Counted from the first letter of the stretch, positions 40,109 to 53,000 are shown. The stretch is DNA of 64,000 nucleotides from Dicyema japonicum (GCA_011109175.1 RDEW01000003.1:851071-915070), one strand, 5' to 3'. Numbers and translations: made by a program. The notes: generated by a model from the sequence alone, not told the origin.

Positions 40109-40594
40109 TTTTGATTAACATTTTTATTACTCATTTAGATAATTACTTTTTGCTCTTCAGTTGGGTAACTGTTATGTAGTTACTATTACCATTGAGTGTA
40201 ATTAGATAACTGTTCTGATGTAGGAATTCAATCAGATATCATATTTTCAGTCGCAGAAAACTAATTTTGTCACTTGGAGCTAAATTTTACAATAGATACG
40301 GTGAACCATTCAATAATCTACCTGTTGGTGCCTTCCAAGTTAAAATTGAGGATAACTACATAATGGGAGTGTATCTAGTTCTGCTGGAAAAAAAACTTAG
40401 TGACAATAACTACATGTGATTTATTGAAAGATTTAAGCATTTATAAGTTCAAATAGTAATTTTCATTGTCTGCAGTGATTCCATCTGTCTCCTAACAGCT
40501 GAAGCCTGATTATTTGCTAATGTTTTTGTTTGAATAAATTTGTACTTTCGTTGAGACCAGTTTCATAAAAATATTTTTCTATTGTATTATGTCT

Positions 40595-40938
40595 CATTAT
40601 TATTAACCTTGGATACACCAAGAAAGAAGTAAACAACTAATTAAGAGTATCCAGTTTCCAATGTCACAGAAACAGTCCTTCCAATGTCATACAAATCTAT
40701 CCGGAACCTGCATAAAAAATAAATACGTGCATTCCTTGCAATTGTAGGAACACCTCCAGTGGAGTGGGGAAGAGAAATTATCCTTTTACTTGTCACCCTA
40801 GCACTGGGTGCCATCTGAGATAGATGGATCACTAACGCTACTCTATCCTAAAAGGGAGGAGGAAGAACAGAAGAAACGAACAAAAATTTTGAATCGAGTA
40901 GCCACATAGCACCACGCTAACGCTGGTACCACGCGGAT
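40595..40938 (-). repeat. Family S structured repeat, copy C
   Basis: Colinear with 26405-26720. Confidence 0.75.
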
Positions 40939-41412
40939 AATTTATTGTCACATTATGACTGACTGAGTACCCATTATGAACACTCAACGGAGATTAGTCT
41001 TTTAGTATTATGTGGATCAGCTAGTTTTTGGCATAATTAAACGAATAACAGTAAAATGATACGAAATTAGTCTCGTTATTAAGCATTTTTTATTACTAAA
41101 ATTTTAACAGCTCTTCGTCTAGGACCAGTTATGTTTCCATTATTTAAACCTCCACTCAGGCAGTTATTAATTTTAGGAATGGGAAGAAGACATCAAGAGT
41201 GTTTTGGTTGGGTGTGAGTCTATGAAGACAATCCTGTTCCGCAGTGAGGTAGCAATGATAACGATGTCATTCGTCAAGCCAAGAAGCATCATAGATGCAT
41301 GGGACCTCTAGCCAAAATGTGCAGTAGTGAGATTCGAATCGGGAAGTATCTGAATTCTGTCTGGCACAAGGAGTTAAATCATCTAATTATTTGATCCCGG
41401 TAGACCCTACAG

Positions 41413-42824
41413 CCAGGGTGGCCAACCTTTTTCGCTCGCGAGCTACTTTTTATATAGCGATTTGTCTGGCGACTTTTATATACATTTTTTGTATTTTAAT
41501 AACAATTTTTTTAATACTAGATTTTATTTAACAAAAAGAGAACAGGAAACAAACGCGTCAAAAATTGATAGAATTTTTATTTTATAATAAAAAATTTAAT
41601 GCGATTTTTTTCATTGTAATTCTGCAATTATTTAGAATTCTGGCTCATATGAGGGGAAAAGTTGATGGCTCTTTTCGTTCCTTTGCGGAATGGGTGACAC
41701 CTTTTCGGGTGAGCCACAAGACATCACATGTCCAGAGACTAAGCTCCACAAAATCAATTCAATATACCGGAAAACTATATTTATGGTGGGTCTAATTCTG
41801 GATCAATGGTTAGTTCTTTACTCGCGGAAGCTACGACCCGCAGTCGCGGAACGGTATTCCTTCGGGTCTGTAAGGAGGAAGGAAACCCGCTTAGCTTGTC
41901 TTTTTCCAATGCAAAAGAAAGTCGATTGGTTAGGAAGTTCTCCTCCACAATCGGATTCCTCTGCAGGGATGAGATAAGGCTCTTTTCGAACGGCAATGGG
42001 AACAATAGGAGACCACAGACGTTAGATGGCTCATTCGATTCCAGGCACTTGGAATACCTAATTTCCTGACGTTTTTCTGTCTTTCTTTTTCGGTGATCCT
42101 GGGATTCTAAATAAATAAAGATATCTTTGTAAAACTACAAAAATTCTCTTTGACAATGGGTTTTATTTTAAGAAGTTTGCTTGTTTGTACACCGATGGTG
42201 CTCCGAATATGGTTGGACGACATGATCCTGTCGACCTGGACACACTGAGAGATCTGGCTAAGAACAGAAAAGCCTGGAACAAGTTAACTCTTTCTCTTAT
42301 ATTTTTTGCTGCACATGCGGGGCTATGGGTTTGACGAGTGACGCCGTCATCAGTGGATACTCACTGCGGAACTGGATTGTCTAGAAAAGACTCACAACAA
42401 GAAAAAAAAAAAAGGAAGTGAAGATCATTCCTTGGTTATACGATTAGTTAAAAAAACTGTTCTTTACTTAAATAAAGTGTGTGTCCTGCCTATGCGGAGT
42501 TATAAATACTATGGCTCTCGTGAAAAGGCTTTATTATTATGCGGGGCTATAAATATTATAGCTCTAGTGAAAGTGCTAATAATAATAACGGTAATAAATC
42601 GAATAATAATAAAAACTTGTTGAAATAATTATAGATATTTTTGCCAGTTGTTCTTTCTTTCATAGGTATAATAGCAAATAATTATTCCTTGACAGTTAAA
42701 TCATAGAAAATTAAAGGGGAAAATACACATAGTTTCGCGATATCAATCGTATCGTTTCGTTAAAAATCAATCGATTGCGATCGACCAAAAAACCCTCCTC
42801 GATCGATCAGGTTGGCCACCCTTG
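41413..42824 (+). mobile_element. Internally deleted hAT transposon with nested insertions
   Basis: TIRs C(C/A)AGGGTGGCCAACCT; 8-bp TSD CCCTACAG/CCCTATAG; transposase remnant YTDGAPNMVGRH near 42190. Confidence 0.8.
42327..42538 (+). mobile_element. Non-autonomous RTE-tailed retroelement inserted in an RTE 3' fragment (42230-42590)
   Basis: Perfect 12-bp TSD ATGCGGGGCTAT at 42315-42326 and 42539-42550. Confidence 0.85.
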
Positions 42825-43039
42825 CCCTATAGCTTTTCTGAATCCACGACGCTCTTTTTTTATCAGAATTTGGAGAAGCGTAGTTTTTTCATCAATTTAC
42901 GCGTTTTAGTGGTTTTTTAACCCGATTAATAAAATCTATCAGATTCGGAACCGAAGAAAGTGATGAAAACGGACCCATTGTTCAAGTAGTGGGGGGAATA
43001 GTTGAGCAGAGAAATTAATTAAGCAGGCCATTTTTGCTT

Positions 43040-45000
43040 TTAGAGAATTTATCGTGTAGTTCGAAATTGAAATTCTATAGGCCAAAGAGGCACAGGCATA
43101 CTCCAGTATTGGCTTTAAGAGTCGATTATACAGGGCAGTAGCACATTCTTGTGACAGTTGGATCCTTGAGTTTAAGGTTGATTTTATAATGTCGAGTTTC
43201 TGGAGGCTCTTTGCAGAACATTTTTCACATATTGAGTAAAAGAGAACAAGGAGTCCATGGTCACTCCTAGTATTCTTGGATGTTTCTGCATGAGAGTAAT
43301 ATAAAGGTTGATTTCTAGCGCATCTTTTTGTCCTCAGTCGGCGGTAAAAATGGTATATGAAGATTTTTCCGTGGACACGGAAAGTCTGTTGAAGTCACCC
43401 ACGTCCCAGGTCGTTTAGGTGTGACTGAAGTTCTGATTTTGTTATATCCACGTATCTGTTTCGACTTGCAATAATTATATAGTCAACATGTGTTAGAAGC
43501 ATTGAATCAGGTCTTCCAGGGTAGGGTATGTCGTTTAAGAATAAATTAAAAAGTGCTGGAGAAAAGGACGATCCTTGAGAGACACAATTCGAGAGGAGAC
43601 AGGATCTTGATCTTGAATGGCCCATGCACAAACGTCCCCGTCGTCCGGTAAGTAAATTAGCTATCTGTCGTTTTAAAGTCGAATGAATGAAGGTGCTGAA
43701 GACCTTTTTCATTACTAGGACTCTTGAGAATGAATCAAACACCTTTTGGATGTTTAAAAAGACTAATATTGTCCGTAGATGTCCTTTGGGTTCATTGAAG
43801 CCTTCTGAGATAAATTTTGTCAAAAAAGTTAAGTGTGTTGTTATAGATCGCTCAATAGTGGCAAGAGTCCAAATGAGGTTTAACTTTCCAAGTAAGAGTT
43901 TTTCTGAGACGTGTTGACGCGCACGTCAGGGATATCGGGCGGTAAAATAAAGGTGAAGCTTTCGGTTTTCCAGGTTTTAAGACGACTGTGATATGAGTTC
44001 TTCCATTTGCTAGAGGTAGCGTTCGTGTTTGAGGAGAGATTAAAATCGAAGTATCGACCTGATTGCAATGTTTCCAGGATACTTTAGAAAATTCCAGAAA
44101 ACCATCGAGACCACACGTATAGGACCTCTTCATGGAATTCATTGCTTGTGTAACCTTGGCATACGTAAAGAGTTCAATCCATGAGGTTGTTTTCGGTACC
44201 AAATTACGTAGGCGACAGGAGTGAGTCTTTGTTAAGTTCTTGTGACTTATAGAATCGTAATACCCCATCAGGTTAATAGCTTCCTTAATATTCGGAGCAG
44301 GACGAGACTGTCTCATTGGATATGTTAATTTAATTCGACGGATAGAAGGGGTCAGTTCATCTTCATAGCGTTCCTCTTTCTAGGGGAAGTTTCGGAGTCG
44401 AAAGTAGTGTTCTAGCATTTGTACTCTGCTCGAGGGACAAACAGCTTTTCTGCTGGGAAGATGAACGATTAGATGGTCCACTGCGGTGTCGATAGAATCA
44501 AATGTGCAAGGATCAAATCCCATGATGCCAAAGAATAGCTTGAAATTTGGCCAGTCTGCATTCTTATAGTTCTTGAAGGTTGCTCTTTTGAATCGACTCA
44601 ACTTTAGTATAATTGGAGATGGTCACTATGGAAGTAGTAGAAGACGTTCAATGAAGTTAGCGTGCCAATCTTTGAGGAAGAAATGAACAGGTTCAGTAGG
44701 ATTATCAGGTGATTTAGAATCACTATATTTTCGAAGGAGTCAACAATTAGATTACCTCTCTTGTCAGCCGAGTCAGCCATTGGAGGTGTTTGGCATTGAG
44801 ATCACTACATAGTATAATATTTTCCAGTTCTTGGAGTTTATTCAGTTTTTTATTCTCCTAAGCATGTAATCGGAGATATAGGAAACCAGGACATAGTTTT
44901 TTTTCGGGCGGGATCCCGGCGGGGAATTTGTAAGTTGATTAATATGATCTGAGCCATTAATGTATCAATGTAAAATTAGATTATCCACTCGTGTGGTCAC
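43040..45000 (-). mobile_element. Degenerate jockey/I-group LINE (APE + RT)
   Basis: SDH, NYKNADWPNF, KPGKP..YRPISLT, VSQGSSFSPALFNLFLND; many disruptions. Confidence 0.75.
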
Positions 45001-46387
45001 TTAAAAGTAGGTCAAACCGTTTTAATGATAATAATAGCACCAGAGACCACGGGCACACAAACTAACTAATCACGTGATCTCAGCACGCTTTAGCAGGGAC
45101 CTCATCTTGGCCCGATGCTCCTCCCTCGACTCCACACAAGTACGTATCGGTCGAGTGACTGGACCTTCGCAGTCACGACGGCGAGTTCCATGGTTCACTC
45201 GTATAAACTCTTCAAGAGGCATTGGTGCCTGGAACTCTCCAGGATCCCAGTGTTCCGTGATTTTGGAGGCTCTTTTTCGGGTAGCCTCGATCTTCAAGAC
45301 ATTCGTCCAAAGATGAGTGGACCCCATATACCACATGCATAAGAGATGCAGGTTCAATGAATTGTCTGTATAAAGTGCTCAAAACAGAATGTTTTTCGAT
45401 CTTCCATAAGCCTGTGAGACATTTCAGAACACAAGATATTAAGTAGTCCACCACCACATTCAAATCTGTCTCCTATTCCAGGAAAGAACGAGGTGGCGCA
45501 GTGCCATAAGTACAGGGCAGTCCTTATGGCCCTTTTTTCAAATCTCGCTGGTGTAATTCCGGCTGAAGGTTCAACACACCTATGATGCTTGGGATGTGAC
45601 AAGTGACTCCGTCATCAGTGAATGCTGCAGAACCGGATTGTCTGAATAGGACTTACACGCAAGAAAATGAAAAAAGACGTTAAAGAACATTTCTTGATTT
45701 CTTCCTCCCTTTCAACGATTAGTAAATATAACTGTTCTTCACTCTAATATGAGTGTTTTTTAAACCTGTTAAGCAGACCAGTCAGCTAAGTGGTCAATTG
45801 GCCGAAAGTTGAGGTGGTGAGGTATTTCTATTGCAAGAAATGTATACTTAACTTTCTGATGGATAAAAACCACTGTCTTTTCATTTCCATAAGCATTAAC
45901 GAGGTGACGGATTCGGGAGAACAAGTTCTAAACAATAGAAGTGTCAGAGGTAATAGGATCAAAGGTTTAATCTAGTCCGTCCAAAATTGAATGATTTGGA
46001 GGATCATCTGTCATGAGCTGTACGTATAGGATACTAGTAAATATGACTTTTGTATATTGTGCATGTCAAATCAACTAGCCTCGAGGTACGAAATGATCTT
46101 TTGAGTCTCTTATCCTGAATATGAAAAAATAAAAAGCGCTTACAACTCTGATCTCCGATAAAGTTTGTTTAATTTTCGAGAATTGTTTTGGTATAGAATA
46201 TTTTATTGACTCTGGAACACCGGGTTAGAAAAAAAAGAATGTCCACAGCGAACTAGGTGATCTCAACCGACAAGGGAAAAACCGATATCACAAGAAAAGG
46301 TACCTTGTGATGCTTTTTGGAGAAGCATATTACACTAAGTTAGAATACGTTCAATTTGTTCGATCTCAGAGATTTCAAAAAAATAGT

Positions 46388-46434
46388 AGCCCGGTGGCGC
46401 AACAGTTAGCGCGTCGTACTTATAAAGCAGTTAA
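46388..46434 (+). pseudogene. 5' half of tRNA-Ile(UAU), truncated inside its intron
   Basis: Matches 47016-47062 (one mismatch), then diverges at the duplication junction. Confidence 0.8.
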
Positions 46435-46484
46435 CTTCCTGATAGATAAAAACCACTGTCTTTTCATTTCTATAAGCATTAACG

Positions 46485-46640
46485 AGGTAATAGGATCAGG
46501 GGTTAAATCAAGTCCGTCCAAAATTGAATGAATTAAAGGTAATAGGATCAGAGGTTAAATCAAGTCCGTCCAAAATTGAATGAATTAAAGGTAATAAGAT
46601 CAGAGGTTAAATCAAGTCCGTCCAAAATTGAATGAATTAG
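46485..46640. repeat. 52-bp tandem repeat x3
   Basis: AGGTAATAGGATCAGRGGTTAAATCAAGTCCGTCCAAAATTGAATGAATTAA starting at 46485, 46537 and 46589. Confidence 0.9.
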
Positions 46641-47015
46641 GTATATTTAAATCTAGTCCGTAAAATATGAATCTGTCATGAGCTGACGTATAGGATAATT
46701 GTTAATGATTTTTGTATATTGCATGTCAAATCAACTAAATCTTTTGAGTCTTCCATCTTGAATGTAAAAAAAGAAAAACGATCTCCGATAAAGTTTGTTT
46801 AATTTTCCAGAATTTTTTTGTTATAGAACATTTTTAATGACTCTGGAACACCGGATTATAAAAAATGAATGTCCAAAGCTAACTAAGTTATCTCAACAGA
46901 CAAGGAAAAGGCCGATATCACAAGGAAAGGCACCCTGTGATGCTTTTTGGAGAAACATCTTAACTACTTAGAATACGTTCAATTTGTTCGATTTTAGTGA
47001 ATTCATAAAATAACT

Positions 47016-47101
47016 AGCCCGGTGGCGCAACGGTTAGCGCGTCGTACTTATAAAGCAGTTAAGCCATGCGAAGGCTGCGGGTTCGAATCCCGCCCGGGCT
47101 A
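47016..47101 (+). tRNA. tRNA-Ile(UAU) with 13-nt intron (47053-47065)
   Basis: Acceptor AGCCCGG/CCGGGCT; anticodon TAT at 47049-47051; B box GGTTCGAATCC; TTTTT terminator. Confidence 0.9.
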
Positions 47102-47954
47102 ATTTTTCCACTGTTTGTTATTTGACATGATTATTTCAAATTAACTTGACTGAGAATATTTGATATTCTTGGTTTCTATTTTTTTAGCAATTTCAGAAAA
47201 ATGCGTAAATCTCCTGGATTTAAAAATAGCGTTTTTAATTTCAGGATCATTTAAGACTTGCCGCAAATTAACAAATCAGAATTTAATAACATAAAATTTT
47301 CCAGACTGATTCGCATACTATGTACACTAACATAAATTGTTTGACAAATAACATCCGTATTTAAGTAGGAAACTGATGGTTTCTATAAATGAGATAGTTT
47401 ACGATATTTTGCAAATGATCTTGAGGTCTCTATTAAAGCGTGACGTGATCACGTGGGAGTTTGTTTGGTGTTAGAGTATTCATAATGGTAATCTTCACCG
47501 GTGGAGTTTTTTAGGGAGAAGATAGGAAGATACCTTTCAATAAATCACCTAACACCAAGATGAAATATCTATTTAGTGAGAGCCATAGACAAACAATGGA
47601 AAAGCTTCGCACCTCTGTTATGAATTATTTAAGTAATTGGTTTAACTTATTTCTTGGTCTTTACTTTTTTGAAAGGAAAGATGTGAACATACGACGCCAC
47701 TCAAGTAGAACCAACATTCTACATAAATAGTAGTCATCATTTTTAACCACAATAGCTTACACAATAATAATTTATTTATAATACAAAATCTGGTGCTCGA
47801 AACGTCTGGTACGGCGAGGAGTTTCATAGCCTCGTTCCTGAAGAAAATTGGCCCATCGTACGAAAAACGTGCGGGAAGGGAAATGTTAACGCAAAGGTAA
47901 ATAATTATTAAAAATCAAAATAAAATTAAAACATAGCCAACATAAAAGTCCATT

Positions 47955-48379
47955 TTAAGGGTCAAATTCCATATAAATCTCATCCTTACTATATTTCGAA
48001 TAAACTCGATTCCTTATATCGGATATCTCATCCATTATTTCCTCCATTTGAGCTTTCACGGTATTTAAAAATTCTTGACATTCTACTTTCTTTTTACTGA
48101 TCAAATCCATAGCTTCATCGTATTTTATATTATGAAACGTCCCGCCTATTTTATACGGGATATATTCCTCATCATCCAGGAACATAAGATCTGTCTCAGC
48201 GGCTTCAAGTTTTTCGACTTGAGACTAGGTTTAATAGTAAAAATACTTTATAATCGAGAAACTTCTCTTTAAGACTTCTGTATTTACTGTGTTTTACAGA
48301 GAATCTATTTACTAGTGATTGATCTTCAGCAGTGAAATCCAATGTTGACTTTGCCTGCAATAAATTTGAAGTTAACCAT
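47955..48379 (-). CDS. PFDN4: Prefoldin subunit 4
   Basis: ATG|intron|AKSTLDFTAEDQSLVNRF...LDDEEYIPYKIGGTF...VYSKY; two 22-nt introns. Confidence 0.85.
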
Positions 48380-49418
48380 ATCAACCAACTAGCAACAAAA
48401 ATGATTTATTATTTAAAATAATTATAAATGACAATTAAATAGTAAACAATATTATATTAACATTTTTTAAAGTTTTAAAAGCCAAAATAAATCTTCGCTA
48501 ATATAATATTGATTCCCTCCTACTGCTTGTATCAGCAAAGTATATCTCCAGGTTATTGCGACGACGATTGAGTATGTCTGTTCTGCCTGGAGATTCGCTA
48601 TTCTTTCTACGATGGTGGAGCGTATGAACTCTCTCAGACGGAAGATGATGAGGCATATTCAATCAGACTCCACATCCATTCCCAGTCTCCTTTCAGAGGA
48701 AGCGATGGTGAGAAATGACCAGGGCTTCCTACGTATGTGCAATGAGCTAGGAAAAATATTCAGAAAGAGTGGTTCATGCGGACGAATTTAGATCGGCATA
48801 AAAAAGTGCACTCCGATAGAATTCCTCTGGATAAATAAAAGAAGACTTCCGACGCTCCAATATCAGGACTTCCCAATGGCTGAACAGGTATTGGTAGTAT
48901 TCGAAGGGAGGTTGTTTAAAGGAGAAAGTTTTCATACACAAGAGATTTCATAGACTAGGGGCTTACCAGCGGCAAACTGAAAGTTGGTCATTCCATCTGG
49001 ACATTTTCAATCTCGTCTAGACATCCCGATAAGTTCGGACACCGAAGGGAACTCAACTCCCTCCCAAAACCCGTCATTTAATGCTTTATGCATAGCGACT
49101 CTGCCGCTACCCTGCATGCAAGCAAGTGGTTATAGTCCAAAACCGCCAATTAACAACCGCATGTGCACTAGTGTGGCAGACAGTTCTTTAGTCTAGGTCG
49201 TAGTGAGACTCTGACTCGAATCGAGTTATCGTCCAAAGTCCCCAATATTAAGCTTGGAGTGAGATTGAAACAGGTTTAACTCTGACAACAGACAGACACG
49301 GCGATCTTGGTTTGAGGATTCCAGAATCTTTAAAATTCTCATTTTAACGTATATTATTTCAAATAATCGATATTTATACCGAACAAATGTCGCTCAATTT
49401 CCACATGTAAATTAGAAT

Positions 49419-50777
49419 TTATTATTATGGCACTTTCACGATAGCCATAATGCTTATTGCCCCGCATGTGCAACACTCAAAGAAACAATATTTATAGTTA
49501 GTCTTTTCCATCTTCCTCTGTCGAATGCGAGTGATCTCAATTCGTCCAGGTCGTCCCCCGTCTTTAGATTTTTTCTCACACGATTTAAGTCTTTGTTTAA
49601 GGCAGTCGGAAGTGTCGATCTAGGTCGTCCGCGGAAGGGTTTTTCGCAACTGTCAAAGTAATCTTCCATCGCTTTGTTAGCGGGTGCGTCCGGGTTCATT
49701 CTTAGTACATGCCCAAATAGCCTCCACCGGGCATCTATCACATCCTTGCTGATGTAAAAACACGTACACTTGTTGTAGATACCAGTGGTTGATGTTCTAC
49801 GTGGCCACTCCATTCCGAGTAAGCTTCTTAGTTGCCTTCTATGGAACGAATCAGTTTCAATAGTTCGTTGAAGGAACTTCCCCATGTCCCAGCGTTGTAC
49901 AGTAAAATCGGTTTCACATACGCGTTGTAAAGCCTGCATCTGATGTCAATTCCAAGTCCTTTGGCCCTTAGCAGTCCTTTCTTCAGTTTAGCCATTGCCG
50001 CATTTACAAGTGTTTTCCTCCTTAGTACATCTTCAGCGTCTCCTAGTAGAGAGCCGAGCTTATTAGTACGTCTCCATCTTTCATGAGTAATATCGTCTTC
50101 TCTTTTGATTTCCGTAATTTCAGTTTTGTTAACATTTACGCTGAGAAACCATTTCTCAAGCTCCGCAGGTGCATTTTCTAGTAGGTGTTGGAGTGCGGTC
50201 ACGTCTCGTGATACAAAATCCACATCATCCGCATAAGATGTCTCTTCTATGTCTCCTATGTAGCATTTACGGAGATCGCGGAGTGCAGATTCAAGGTATA
50301 TGGTGAATAGTAGAGTGGAGAGGGAATCACCCTGGGGTGTCCCAATCGTTGTTTTAAAAATGCGGGAAGTTGCTCCTTCTGTCTTCACAGATAGTCTTGT
50401 GTTCGCAAGTAGTAGTCTGATTATCCTAACCGACAATTCATCCAATATTTGCTCAAGCACATTCATCAGTTTCTGTCTGTTTATTGAGTCGAAGCTCTAT
50501 TCCCAACACGGTCGTTGCGCTCTTGAATCTTTGGTGCGTTGCACAGCGCCATCTGTGACTCCATACAATGTCTGCCGTAGACCTCCCTTCTCGGAACCCA
50601 CTTTGACTTGCTAAGGAATAGATCCGCCACAACCATTATCCGGCTTAGTGCAATGTTTGCCAGCACCTTGCGTATCGAATTCAGAAGTATTATCGGGCGG
50701 AGATTTTCTACTGGTCCATTTGATTTGTTCGGTTTTTGTATAGGTGTTAATAATCTATTTCGAAGTCCTAGATCGGT
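49419..50777 (-). mobile_element. 5'-truncated RTE-like LINE (RT), with TSD
   Basis: NLRPIILL, GTPQGDSLS, YADD, KPILLYNAGTW, RWRLFGHVLRM, RGRP; (TAA)n tail; TSD ATTAGAAT at 49411-49418 and 50778-50785. Confidence 0.85.
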
Positions 50778-50865
50778 ATTAGAATAGTCCACGAATTCTA
50801 AGAGTAAGAAACGAAAATATAAAAATTTGTTAATATCGTTAATTAAAATAAAATATGAATAATAT

Positions 50866-50960
50866 TTATAAACGTGACTCAAATAATTATATCAAAAGTT
50901 CAAAGCATTTATAACGATAATAATGACAGCTATTTCAACTGATAATAATTTTTATACGTG
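50866..50960 (+). promoter_or_regulatory. Upstream block shared by U2 copies 2 and 3 (candidate snRNA promoter/PSE)
   Basis: TATAAACGTGACTCAAA..ATTATATC.AAAGTTCAAAGCATTTATAACGATAAT..TGACAGCT also present at 53688-53780. Confidence 0.5.
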
Positions 50961-50974
50961 TTCTAAATAAATTT

Positions 50975-51155
50975 GTCGCTTCTCGGCCTTTTGGCTAAGA
51001 TCAAAGTGTAGTATCTGTTCTTTCCAGCTTTATATCTGGGACGCCCTTACAAGGGGCAAGATATAATGCTTATTTTTGTAACCTGGTGTGTGTTGCGAAG
51101 CTTGCTTCCGCCATACCGCGCGTCCTCCCAGTATTGCACTTCTTGTTTGGGCGCA
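50975..51155 (+). ncRNA. U2: U2 snRNA copy 2 (stem-loop IV altered; variant or pseudogene)
   Basis: Identical to copy 3 up to loop IV; 3-nt deletion and substitutions disrupt SL IV. Confidence 0.85.
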
Positions 51156-52239
51156 TGACCCCTTTTGGGTTTCCTGAATGAACACGGAAAACTAATTATA
51201 ATTGTTGTTTAAAAAATATATTTGTCCTACCGGACATATAATATTTGTTTCTATAAAAGATGATTGACTACATCTAATTAATGGACCATCAATTGTTCCA
51301 ATCGCAATCTATTCATCAATCTTTATATTGTTTAACAGTGAAGATATCTATCCATTCATTCGCACTTTTGTTTCCAAAAAAGCGAAAATCGATCCTCTCC
51401 AGTTTAGCATTCAAAATAATGTTATTAAGTGTAACCAGATTACACGTAATCATTAAACAAGACTTATTCTTCAGCTTCAAAGTGGAAGATGGTCATCCCA
51501 TTTGACGGACCTTCATGTCTGTATAAGCCGACCCTATAGAGCATAGAAGAGTGTCCAGACGGGTTTGAAGCTTGTTTAACGACTTTCTTCAAGGCCATCA
51601 TTTGGGAGATTTTTCTACGGAGATTGGGTGCAGGCCAAATCTGTCAAACTAGTCTTCACATCGACATGGATATAACAAACCGACTTTTAATCCGAGTAGT
51701 AATGAGATCCCAATACGATCGCATTCATCATCCAGAAAAGGTACACAAAACTACATTAGGAATGGAGTTGTGCCAAGTTGCGCTCTCGAAGCCAATATTT
51801 TGTCATTTTTTTATTAATTTGAAAATAATGTTCCTGCCATTATTGAAAACACAGAAAATTTTGTAGCATGTGGCTCAATGTTAGAACTACAATAATTTTT
51901 TGTAAAAATAACGAGTCTTGGATAACCACTTGCAAACCAGAATGATCTTGATAGCTTGATGCCCAAGGGATTAATACTTCTTCAGTTTTTTTTCACTTTG
52001 CAGAGCTTGAATCTGGAAAGTAATTGAATCATATTATTACGATAAATTTCCCAAAAACCTGGAAATCACTCTCTTCTTATTTTTAGAGTGATAACGTAAA
52101 CTCATTAATTGCCTTAAACTCTCTTAATTCCCAAAGGCAAGTTTGCAATTTTAATTTGACAAATTAAAGATTTATTAAATCAAATAAAAAAAGATCAAAA
52201 CATCAGTTATCTGACAAAGAAAACAAAAATTATTCAAGA

Positions 52240-52592
52240 ATAGTCATTGTGTTGCCTGCCGATTGCAACGCAGATCAACCAGAGAAGCCACTGAGTCTCA
52301 AGTACACGTGGCTATTGAGTGTAGTCAGACGTATCAGCTTCATGAGGAAACGATACGAATTCCCACCAGATGTTTCAACTATAATGGGCAGGAACGTGAA
52401 TCGGTCAACCAATGCCTTGTAGATTTTTCCATAGCCTTCATAGCATTTTCCGCGGAATACAGTATGTCTACCGTATTCCAACAATGCGGGATAGATAAAG
52501 CAGACCGATACTTGTGGATTCATAAAAATGGCTATCTTCCTCGAACGGAAAGATTGTGATTCCAGCCGGTGGTTTTCCATCTCATCCGTCCG
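52240..52592 (-). mobile_element. Old CRE-like RLE fragment
   Basis: YKALVDRFTFLPIIVETSGG, similar to the long CRE ORF. Confidence 0.7.
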
Positions 52593-52736
52593 ATCTGAGA
52601 GTTTTTTTTATTAAAAGTTAAAAAAGATATAATTTCAATTATTAAAAGCATGAGATGCTAAGTAATCGTGTTTCGTAATGACTCTAGCTATTTACATTAC
52701 ATCCCACGTGAGAGGATAACTAAACTGGTAAAATAA

Positions 52737-52850
52737 TAATAATAGCCTTTTCACGAGAACCATAATATTTATAGCTCCGCATAGGCAGCAGTGAGAATCG
52801 AACCCGTAACCTAAGTTACTTTAGCCCGACACCTAACCACTATGCCACCC
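52737..52850 (-). mobile_element. 114-bp tRNA-derived SINE with RTE-type tail
   Basis: A box TGGCATAGTGG, B box GGTTCGATTC, shared RTE tail; 9-bp TSD GTAAAATAA at 52728-52736 and 52851-52859. Confidence 0.85.
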
Positions 52851-52928
52851 GTAAAATAAATAACAACAAATAAGTATGTTCGAGCATAAAATTTTTAGAT
52901 GTTTTTGGAATATAAAACAAAAAATATA

Positions 52929-53000
52929 CTCACCAGCTGGGAATCGAACCCTTGTCACCGCGATGACAACGAGGTATACTAACCACTATACTACCGGGGA
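52929..53000 (-). pseudogene. tRNA-Asp(GUC)-like, probably a pseudogene
   Basis: TCCCCGGTAGTATAGTGGTTAGTATA...TGTCA...GGTTCGATTCCC; mismatches in the acceptor, anticodon and T stems. Confidence 0.7.

Noticed and set aside
49419-51155. U2-targeting retrotransposon (Utopia/Keno type)
   Set aside because: The adjacent LINE is RTE-like and lies about 200 bp upstream; no U2 copy is interrupted
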